From Clostridiales bacterium (GTDB lineage Bacteria; Bacillota; Clostridia; Oscillospirales; Oscillospiraceae), in the NCBI GenBank assembly GCA_029268065.1, contig JAJUHC010000009.1, positions 4,934 through 68,933 on the forward strand: a DNA stretch of 64,000 bases, read 5' to 3'. Below the pieces are notes generated by a model. The model was given only the letters and a program-made list of their open reading frames with translations, made no database searches and was not told the origin of the DNA. The position numbers and the translations under genes are program-made. Positions 38,622 to 45,988 of this stretch are shown in pieces. Positions within the stretch are counted from its first letter, which is position 1. Each line of letters starts with the position of its first letter.

Positions 38622-39944
38622 ATGAAATCTATTATAATGACCGCTCAGAATGTCCGGGATTTTCTCAAGGCTCGGACGATCACCGTTAAGAAAAGCTCGC
38701 ACGATCGCCCATTTGAGGGCGGAGACGTCGTTTTCATCCGGGAGCCGTGGCACAGGCTCACAAACCCCGACGGCGGAGACTCGGATCGTTTCAATTATGC
38801 GGCGAATGCCACGGCGGAGCCTTTAGGCTATAAATGGGCCTCCCCGGTAGCCATGCCCGCCGACGCGATCCGTTATTATGGGCGGGTTACTTTTATCATT
38901 GAGACCGGGGCAACCGTGGGAGAATGGGAAATCACGCTCGAGTTTATAAGCAAGGCAGAGGCACAGGCGGCGGAGGCGGGCCTCCCGTTTTCCACCGCAG
39001 CAGACCCGGAGAACGCCTCCGATTATTATACATACGCCGGGGATATGACCCCCGAGGATCACGAAAAAATGATCGCCGCCATAGACGCCGACCGAGAGCG
39101 GCTCGCCGAAATCAGGGCAAAGCGAAAGGAATACATAGAATTGTTGAAAACAGAAAGAGACCCCGGACACCTTGACGGATTGGACGCCTCGCTAAAAGAC
39201 ATTGAGGACGAGGAGCGCGACCTCGTGGCCCGCTTGGAGGACGCCGGAGTCCATGACACCGCCGAGGAGGAACTCTCCGAGACTAATACCACCGAGGGCG
39301 AGAAGCCCGCCGGGGAGCAGGATTCCACCGAGGGAAAGCCGCCCGCTCCTCCCGATACGGACGACGAGGAGGTCGGATCATTCACAACGGGAAAATGTAA
39401 CTATTGCGGGCGGGAGTGGGGCGTCACGCTCGAGGGCGCAAAGGGCGGCGGATATCCTACGCAGAGAACCGCGAACGCCGCAGCGTCCCGCCTTTGCGAT
39501 TGTGAGGACGCGGCACTAAACCGGGAGCCAATTATCGGAGTCGCCCTCGCCGTAACAACGGGTACTTGCCGATATTGCAATCAAATGATTGAAGTCGGCC
39601 CCCACGCGTCCCAAAAAGCAGCAGACGAAACCGCCTCCGAGGTTTGCTCATGCCCGGAGGCGCGGATAGAGCGCCGCGTAACCGAGCAGATCGCGGACGC
39701 TCACGACCGGGTCGAGCGGCTTTTCGGAGAGTCCGCCGAGGCGCTCGGGTTTAAGCCGATCGCCGAGAAAGGCCCGATCCAATTACTCGATAATGTGGTC
39801 GAAATGATCGCTCGCCGCCTCATTTCATCCGCGACGGTACAAATTCGCGGTCAATGCAAGGCGAAAGTAAGCCTCACCACAAAAGGAAAAATCAAGGTCG
39901 CCCGGAGCGAAACGCGCTCTTGCGATCTTGAGGCCGGAGAATAG
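38622..39944 (+). CDS. ASCH-like N-domain fused to an acidic linker and a duplicated Cys module
   Basis: 440 aa. GDVVFIREPWHRL...KWASPVAMPADAIRYYGRV resembles phage ASCH proteins. Two TTGxCxYC...CxCxxA modules. Confidence 0.5.
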   Translation: MKSIIMTAQNVRDFLKARTITVKKSSHDRPFEGGDVVFIREPWHRLTNPDGGDSDRFNYAANATAEPLGYKWASPVAMPADAIRYYGRVTFIIETGATVGEWEITLEFISKAEAQAAEAGLPFSTAADPENASDYYTYAGDMTPEDHEKMIAAIDADRERLAEIRAKRKEYIELLKTERDPGHLDGLDASLKDIEDEERDLVARLEDAGVHDTAEEELSETNTTEGEKPAGEQDSTEGKPPAPPDTDDEEVGSFTTGKCNYCGREWGVTLEGAKGGGYPTQRTANAAASRLCDCEDAALNREPIIGVALAVTTGTCRYCNQMIEVGPHASQKAADETASEVCSCPEARIERRVTEQIADAHDRVERLFGESAEALGFKPIAEKGPIQLLDNVVEMIARRLISSATVQIRGQCKAKVSLTTKGKIKVARSETRSCDLEAGE

Positions 39945-39955
39945 GAGGCTCGGAT

Positions 39956-40198
39956 ATGGAGATCACCGTAAAAATGAGCCCGGAAGAATACGACTCCTTT
40001 AGGGCTTATCAGAAAGATAAAGAAAGCCTCGAGCGAGAGGTAAAACGCGATCATAACAAATTGAGACAAACCCATGAGGAGCTTTGTTCCGCCGTTCTTG
40101 ACGCTTTGGAGCAGGACGACGACGGAAAAATAATCGGGATCAAGGACGACGATAAGATCGAAATAGCCTTTGATCTCGCGAATGATTGGTTTTGTTGA
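39956..40198 (+). CDS. hypothetical protein
   Basis: 80-aa ORF in the co-directional early operon. Confidence 0.4.
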   Translation: MEITVKMSPEEYDSFRAYQKDKESLEREVKRDHNKLRQTHEELCSAVLDALEQDDDGKIIGIKDDDKIEIAFDLANDWFC

Positions 40199-40215
40199 GG
40201 AAAGGAGGCGGCGTT

Positions 40216-40560
40216 GTGATCTATGCCGTGGACTTTGACGGGACGCTTTGCGTAGACCGATACCCGGAGATCGGAGCGCCGCGCCCGGGCGTGATTGATT
40301 TTATAAAGTCGGAGCGGGCCCGGGGCTCAAAGCTCATTTTATGGACATGCCGGATCGGCGCTCGCCTCGAGGAGGCGGTCGAATGGTGCCGGGGTCAAGG
40401 TCTCGAATTTGACGCCATAAACGACAATCTCCCGGAGAACGTCGCTCAATATAGCAACAATCCCCGGAAGATTTACGCCGATCGATATATCGACGATCGC
40501 AATTATTATTTTGAACTCGGAGAGGAGCGGGATATATGGCACTTGTGCAAATTGGAATAA
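40216..40560 (+). CDS. HAD-like small hydrolase
   Basis: GTG start behind AAAGGAGG. Begins VIYAVDFDGTL (DxDGT motif). Confidence 0.5.
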   Translation: MIYAVDFDGTLCVDRYPEIGAPRPGVIDFIKSERARGSKLILWTCRIGARLEEAVEWCRGQGLEFDAINDNLPENVAQYSNNPRKIYADRYIDDRNYYFELGEERDIWHLCKLE

Positions 40561-40754
40561 AAGCCCTCCGCGCTCCCTCCGGGGAGTTTCTCGAGTCCGT
40601 CCCGATCTTTGCGGAGATACCAAAGGAGCGGATCACGCCGGAGGGACTAACCAAAACAGAGGATAAAACAATAGACGATATCTCCCGCATTATGGCCCAA
40701 AAATTCAAGCAGTACATAGACGGGGTTAAAGCGGCGGAGAAAAACAGGAGGTAA
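40536..40754 (+). CDS. hypothetical protein
   Basis: 72-aa ORF. Confidence 0.35.
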   Translation: MALVQIGIKALRAPSGEFLESVPIFAEIPKERITPEGLTKTEDKTIDDISRIMAQKFKQYIDGVKAAEKNRR

Positions 40755-40758
40755 AACC

Positions 40759-40977
40759 ATGAAAAGGGTTATTTTTATAAGCGGATTTTCCGACGAGGTC
40801 GCCCACAAGATCGAGGAGGCCATCAACGCCGGGGCGGAGATTTTAAGCATTAACTCGAATTTCGTCTCCGAGCCTCCGCGTCAGATTGCGAAAGGTGGCG
40901 ACGCTCTTATCACGATCCGCCCGGTTACTATTGCTCTCCTTGTAAAGGACGAGGCAGCACAGGAGGCCGGAGTATGA
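40759..40977 (+). CDS. hypothetical protein
   Basis: 72-aa ORF whose stop overlaps the next start. Confidence 0.4.
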   Translation: MKRVIFISGFSDEVAHKIEEAINAGAEILSINSNFVSEPPRQIAKGGDALITIRPVTIALLVKDEAAQEAGV

Positions 40978-41201
40978 AAATCAGCGCAACGGTAGATATC
41001 GACGTCCCAAAGAGTTTTTATTGTAATCGTCAGGGCGGAAAATTATGTCCTCGTGTCAAGCGGTCGGAGCCAACGAAATATAACAAAGGCGGCGAGACGT
41101 ATTGTTTGCTTTTCGGGGATTGGCTCGTCGAGAGCGAGGGAAAGGTCGTAAAATGCCGAGATTGTGTCCGGGCCGTTCTCAAGGAGTTAGAAAAAAGATA
41201 G
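40974..41201 (+). CDS. hypothetical Cys-containing protein
   Basis: 75-aa ORF with five Cys residues. Confidence 0.4.
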   Translation: MKISATVDIDVPKSFYCNRQGGKLCPRVKRSEPTKYNKGGETYCLLFGDWLVESEGKVVKCRDCVRAVLKELEKR

Positions 41202-41213
41202 GAGGCCGCGCCC

Positions 41214-42116
41214 ATGAGCGGGCAAAAGATCGGACTAATTGACGTAGACGGGCACAATTTCCCAAACTTGCCGCTTATGAAGCTCTCCGCGTTCCATAAA
41301 GAAAAAGGAGATCATGTCGAGCCGTGGTTTCCTCTTTGCAGATATGACAAGGTTTATATGAGTAAGGTTTTCACATTTACGCCGGACATTGAGCAAGTGA
41401 TACAAGCGGACGAGATCAAAAGAAGCGGAACGGGGTATTTTTACCCGGATGGAGGCCCAAAACTCCCGGACGAGATCGAGCATATATACCCGGATTATAA
41501 TTTATATCCTACCGAGACAGGAGATCGCGCTTTCGGATTTTTAACCCGTGGATGCCCGAGAGGGTGCGGGCCCTGCATAGTAAAAATCAAAGAGGGCGGT
41601 ATTTCTTATAAAGTCGCCGACCTCTCCGAGTTTTGGAGAGGCCAAAGGGAAATAAAGCTCCTCGATCCTAATTTACTCGCTTGCAAAGACAGAGAGACTT
41701 TACTATTACAGCTTGCCGCCTCCGGGGCATATGTAGATTTTACGCAAGGGCTCGATATTCGACTCGTCGAGGACGTGATCGGACTTGTCGATAAGATCAA
41801 AATAGCGCGAATACATTTCGCGTGGGATTTCCCGGAGCAGGATTTAACGCCTTATTTTGAATATTACATAAAAACAGCAAGACCGAACAAACACAGACCC
41901 CCGGGAGTTTATATCTTAACCAATTATAACAGCAAACACGAGCAAGACCTCGAGCGGGTTTACAGGCTCCGCGATCTCGGATATGACCCTTATATTATGA
42001 TCTACGAAAAGGAGACCGCGCCGCGGGAGACCCGCCTTTTGCAACGATGGGTAAATAACAAACTAATATTTCGGTCGGTCGATCGTTTCGAGAATTACGA
42101 CCCGAGGAGAGGATAA
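41214..42116 (+). CDS. radical SAM protein
   Basis: 300 aa. TRGCPRGCGPC gives the C-X3-C-X2-C motif. Confidence 0.75.
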   Translation: MSGQKIGLIDVDGHNFPNLPLMKLSAFHKEKGDHVEPWFPLCRYDKVYMSKVFTFTPDIEQVIQADEIKRSGTGYFYPDGGPKLPDEIEHIYPDYNLYPTETGDRAFGFLTRGCPRGCGPCIVKIKEGGISYKVADLSEFWRGQREIKLLDPNLLACKDRETLLLQLAASGAYVDFTQGLDIRLVEDVIGLVDKIKIARIHFAWDFPEQDLTPYFEYYIKTARPNKHRPPGVYILTNYNSKHEQDLERVYRLRDLGYDPYIMIYEKETAPRETRLLQRWVNNKLIFRSVDRFENYDPRRG

Positions 42117-42129
42117 AGGAGGTCAAAAC

Positions 42130-42516
42130 ATGCACAGAAAATTAAAACCGTGCCCGTTTTGTGGCGGAAAGCCTGAATTTCTTCACATTTTCGAAAACAA
42201 AGAAAAATGTATGATTGAGTGCTCCGTATGTGACGGCGGCATAGATAAAGTATTCTTGTCCGAAAGAGCAGCAAAAGCCGCTTGGAACGGGCGCGTTATC
42301 CTCGGCAGAAAGGCGAAACGCCTTATAAAATGGGCGGCTATTTCTATTCTCTCGGTTATTCTCTTTCTCATAGGTAAAGAAAGCGCCCTCCGCGAGCGGG
42401 GTTACTCGGCGATCGGCGGAGAGTATCTCCTCCTCCTGCTCCCTGTTTTCTATTACATATTTGAGCGGGTTATAAAGGATTGGATCGAAGCTATCCGGGA
42501 GCTAATAGAAAAATGA
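42130..42516 (+). CDS. Lar-family restriction-alleviation-like zinc-ribbon protein with a C-terminal membrane segment
   Basis: LKPCPFCGG...CSVC...AAKAAWNGR, followed by hydrophobic AAISILSVILFLIG and LLLLLPVFYYIF segments. Confidence 0.55.
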   Translation: MHRKLKPCPFCGGKPEFLHIFENKEKCMIECSVCDGGIDKVFLSERAAKAAWNGRVILGRKAKRLIKWAAISILSVILFLIGKESALRERGYSAIGGEYLLLLLPVFYYIFERVIKDWIEAIRELIEK

Positions 42517-42569
42517 AAAAGCCGCCGACGCTTGACGAGAGCATCGGCGGCACAACCGCCCGAGGACGA

Positions 42570-42598
42570 TTGCTATACCTTATTAATAATACCATAAT
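42570..42598 (+). promoter_or_regulatory. candidate promoter TTGCTA-17-CATAAT
   Basis: Read directly in the 127-bp gap before the Rep-like gene. Confidence 0.35.
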
Positions 42599-42643
42599 CC
42601 GGGCGGAAAATCAAGAGCCGAGAACTCTATCACCTTTCGAGGT

Positions 42644-43405
42644 TTGCGAAAAGGACGGGTAAAAATGCAGAGAGTTAAAAGGCGGATTTTCTCGGGGGTC
42701 GTATGTGAGCAAGAGGTTTTTACCGTTTCAGATCGGACGGAAAATATCAAAAACGCAGAGCCGCGCCCCCGATTCAAGACAGAGGAAGAAAGAGAACTAC
42801 ATAAAATCGGCATTTCGAGGCGGAGACATGCCCGACTTGTAAATGAGAATTTTAGTCCTCAATCGTTATATAGCACCTTGACGATGGACGACGATAACGA
42901 GGTACATACATTCAAAGAGGCCCGCCGCATAAGAAATAATTTTATCCGCCGCCTAAAGTATCACATGCCGGAGGCAAAGATCACAATTTACATGGGCCGG
43001 GGAAAAAATACACAAAGGATACACTTTCATATGCTTTCGGACGGCGTCCCGGAAAAGCTGATACTCGAGCAATGGGACTATGGAAGTGTTCTCCGGGTCG
43101 AGAACCTCCGAGAGCATAATTATTATGACGGGGTAGATTACGGGCAGGACTACACGGGTATAGCAAATTACCTTTTCGATCATTGGACGCCGGAGCAGGG
43201 CGGGCACAGGTGGAAACAAACTAATAATTTGAACAAGCCGGACATGGAGCCCGCGAAATTGATAAAACGAAATTACTCAAAAAATAATCCTCCGCAGCCG
43301 CCGAAAGGATACATATTTGTTGAAAGCAGTATAACAAATTTTGGATATATGCACTTCAAGTATATATTGAAGCCTCCAAAGCGAGCAAAGCGGAAACGGT
43401 GTTAA
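42644..43405 (+). CDS. HUH-superfamily rolling-circle Rep-like protein
   Basis: LYSTLTMD (motif-1-like), RIHFHMLSD (HUH) and DYTGIANYLFDH (Tyr motif candidate). The start could instead be ATG 42665. Confidence 0.5.
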   Translation: MRKGRVKMQRVKRRIFSGVVCEQEVFTVSDRTENIKNAEPRPRFKTEEERELHKIGISRRRHARLVNENFSPQSLYSTLTMDDDNEVHTFKEARRIRNNFIRRLKYHMPEAKITIYMGRGKNTQRIHFHMLSDGVPEKLILEQWDYGSVLRVENLREHNYYDGVDYGQDYTGIANYLFDHWTPEQGGHRWKQTNNLNKPDMEPAKLIKRNYSKNNPPQPPKGYIFVESSITNFGYMHFKYILKPPKRAKRKRC

Positions 43406-43409
43406 ATCG

Positions 43410-43432
43410 GCTGAATTGAAATTCAGCTTTTT
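43410..43432 (+). terminator. intrinsic terminator after the Rep-like gene
   Basis: GCTGAAT/ATTCAGC stem followed by TTTTT. Confidence 0.45.
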
Positions 43433-43493
43433 ACAGCCTTGTAAATGTGTAACGTTTGGGAACGAAGCTCTCAAAAGAAAGGAAAGGGTAAAA

Positions 43494-43910
43494 ATGAACA
43501 TTAACGCGCTCGCGCAGGAAATCCACGAAAACGCCGTAAATCATGGTTGGTGGGACGAACCGCGGAGATTCCCGGAGATTGCCGCTCTCATTCATTCGGA
43601 GATATCGGAGGCTCTCGAAGAATACCGGGACGGAAAGCCTATGATGTATTGCGGTAGTCAAAGCAAAGAGTGTGAAATAGCCCCATTCACCGGGAAAATA
43701 GAGATCAACGGCAAAGAATATAATTCTCCTTGCCCCGCGTGCGAGTCAGAAAACAGAAAGCCCGAGCGCCTCGCCGTTGAGCTTGCCGACGCTATTATCC
43801 GCATACTCGATTATACCGCCTCGGAGGGAATAGATATCGAGGCCGTAATTATAGCGAAACATGCTTATAATAAAACTCGACCATATCGGCACGGCGGGAA
43901 AAAGGCTTGA
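43494..43910 (+). CDS. MazG-like nucleotide pyrophosphohydrolase
   Basis: 138 aa. HENAVNHGWWDE...LIHSEISEALEEYRDG is typical of phage MazG-like proteins. Confidence 0.6.
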   Translation: MNINALAQEIHENAVNHGWWDEPRRFPEIAALIHSEISEALEEYRDGKPMMYCGSQSKECEIAPFTGKIEINGKEYNSPCPACESENRKPERLAVELADAIIRILDYTASEGIDIEAVIIAKHAYNKTRPYRHGGKKA

Positions 43911-43922
43911 GGAGGCGGAGCT

Positions 43923-44366
43923 ATGGAAAGAGATAGTTTTGACGATCCCGCTTTGATTTTGGGATATGACGTTTCGGACGGGCCGGATTATTCGGCGGTA
44001 TCGGTGGGAGTGAGAACGCCCGACGGGAAAGTATTTTTATCAACGCCGCGGATATTTAAGAGTCCTTTTGATCTCAGCGACCCCAAAGACCCGGTACAAT
44101 ACGAGTTATTAAAGCTCGAGTATGCTTTCCTCGAATTACGGGACGCAATCGTCGAGGCTTTCGCGCCGATCGTGCAGGATTTGGCAAACGTGATAAAAGA
44201 GTTTTTCAATGCGATATGCCGGTCGGCCTCTCCGAGGGTGGCTTATTTAGCCGTTCATGCGAAAAAAGCCAGAACGAGAAAGAAAAACCAAAAGAGGCTT
44301 TTTAGAGAGATTGCCGCTTTATATCGGCCTCCTCCGGCGAGGGGCCGCAGCGTGACAAGAATTTGA
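43923..44366 (+). CDS. hypothetical protein
   Basis: 147-aa ORF with a basic C-terminus. Confidence 0.4.
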   Translation: MERDSFDDPALILGYDVSDGPDYSAVSVGVRTPDGKVFLSTPRIFKSPFDLSDPKDPVQYELLKLEYAFLELRDAIVEAFAPIVQDLANVIKEFFNAICRSASPRVAYLAVHAKKARTRKKNQKRLFREIAALYRPPPARGRSVTRI

Positions 44367-44382
44367 GGAGGAGGCGGACACC

Positions 44383-44826
44383 ATGATAAACTATTTTCAA
44401 GAGGCGGAGCGAATATTATCGAACCGGGGGCCGCTCGAGGGGGCGCTTTTAAATCTCGAACGGCGGCGACAGCGCGTTATAAATGCGAGCGCTCCGAGCG
44501 GTTATCCGTCTATTGATTTTACGCAGCCGTACACGTCGACGAGCAGAGCGGGCGACGCTCTTTCGGAATGCCTCGAGCTCGCGGAAATCATGCGGGAGAT
44601 CGCAACGACACAGGAGGTCATAGACGAAATAGATAGCATTATCGGGCAACTCAGCACAGAGGACGCCGAGCTCCTTAGAGCGTGGTATATTAAACGCTTG
44701 TCAAAGGAGGATATCGCCGAAAGCCTTAATTATGCCTCGGCGACTACGATTTACGATCTCCGAAATAAAGCGGTTTCGCGCTTTGCTATTCTGTATTTCG
44801 GAGGCGGCGCTCTCGCGTCTACATAG
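44383..44826 (+). CDS. late-gene transcriptional activator (ArpU/RinA / sigma-70 region-4-like)
   Basis: 147 aa. C-terminal LLRAWYIKRLSKEDIAESLNYASATTIYDLRNKAVSRF. Sits just upstream of the HNH/terminase genes. Confidence 0.6.
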   Translation: MINYFQEAERILSNRGPLEGALLNLERRRQRVINASAPSGYPSIDFTQPYTSTSRAGDALSECLELAEIMREIATTQEVIDEIDSIIGQLSTEDAELLRAWYIKRLSKEDIAESLNYASATTIYDLRNKAVSRFAILYFGGGALAST

Positions 44827-44952
44827 GCAATAGGCAGAATTTGAAAAAAGATTGTATAGAATTACTCAAATATCGGAGATATGCTTATAGCGTGATACAA
44901 GGCTCTCAGGGAGGCGGCGATATGCCGTCTCCTTTCCTTATGGGTGGATAAC

Positions 44953-45252
44953 ATGAAAGACTTTGCAAAAGGGTTTTATCTCTCCAAAGAGTGGCGCCGG
45001 GTGCGTGATTATATATTCAAGCGAGACGCCGGTATATGCGTCAAGTGTGGAGAACCGGGAGAGATCGTCCACCATAAGAAGCCGCTCACGCCGGAGAACA
45101 TAAGCGATCCGTTTATCGCTCTCGGTGAGGATAACCTCGAGTTACTTTGCCGTGAGTGCCACGGTATCGAGCACTCGGAGGATATGCCGACCGATAAGGG
45201 ACTTATGTTTGACGAGGAGGGAAACCTCGTCGAAAGGAGCAAGGGTTTATGA
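44953..45252 (+). CDS. HNH endonuclease
   Basis: CVKCG...VHHKKP...CRECH motifs. Typical partner of cos-type HK97-like packaging. Confidence 0.85.
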   Translation: MKDFAKGFYLSKEWRRVRDYIFKRDAGICVKCGEPGEIVHHKKPLTPENISDPFIALGEDNLELLCRECHGIEHSEDMPTDKGLMFDEEGNLVERSKGL

Positions 45253-45455
45253 AAGATATTTATATTATCACGATTTACACGACGGCGGAGCATGTCCTCA
45301 CCTTTGAGGTCGTCGGCTCTTGCCCGAACTTTGAGGAGGAGATCGCCGAGGCCCTCGAGAATGGATTACCGATCATCGAGACGGTCGACGGCGAGAAACT
45401 TATCATCAACGGGTTAAATTATGTCGCTATAACGTTCTCGAAGAAAGTTAAATAG
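45249..45455 (+). CDS. hypothetical protein
   Basis: 68-aa ORF with an ATGA overlap with the HNH gene. Confidence 0.4.
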   Translation: MKDIYIITIYTTAEHVLTFEVVGSCPNFEEEIAEALENGLPIIETVDGEKLIINGLNYVAITFSKKVK

Positions 45456-45598
45456 CTCTATGCACTCCCCCCACATCGACCCACGGGGGGTATTTTTACA
45501 GAACCGCATATCAGACCACTTTAGAACCCCCCGAGGCGCGCATAGGAGGGGGGGTATAAGGCGGGGCGTGATAAAAAAAGAGAGGAGGTATACAACTA
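45456..45598. other. candidate cos / packaging-recognition region
   Basis: Non-coding gap between the HNH module and the small terminase gene. Paired homopolymer tracts CCCCCC...GGGGGG occur twice. Confidence 0.35.
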
Positions 45599-45988
45599 AT
45601 GGCAAATCAAAAAAAGTCATACGAAAGCCTTTCATCAGACGAAAAAATCGCGGAAAACAAAAAGAAAATTCGTAAGCTTTTTCGTGAAATCCCAAAAGAA
45701 AAAATGCAATTTGCCGAGGGATTGATCTATCAATTTGCCGTTACGACCGTCACTCTCGAGCGGCTTATTGAGGAAATCAACAAAGGCGACGTTATAGAAA
45801 ATTTCAAACAGGGGGCGCAAGAACTCCGCCGGGAAAACCCGGCCCTAAAAAGCTATAACGTGACTATAAAATCATTTACAACGCTCTCAAAAAGCCTCCT
45901 CGATCTCCTCCCGGAGAAAACACAAAAACAAGCCGGAGAGGAGCTTATGAACTTTGCGACAAAGCCTCCCGGAGCGGGTAAAAAATGA
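45599..45988 (+). CDS. terminase small subunit (P27-like)
   Basis: 129 aa. Position and helical character. Stop overlaps the large-subunit start. Confidence 0.6.
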   Translation: MANQKKSYESLSSDEKIAENKKKIRKLFREIPKEKMQFAEGLIYQFAVTTVTLERLIEEINKGDVIENFKQGAQELRRENPALKSYNVTIKSFTTLSKSLLDLLPEKTQKQAGEELMNFATKPPGAGKK

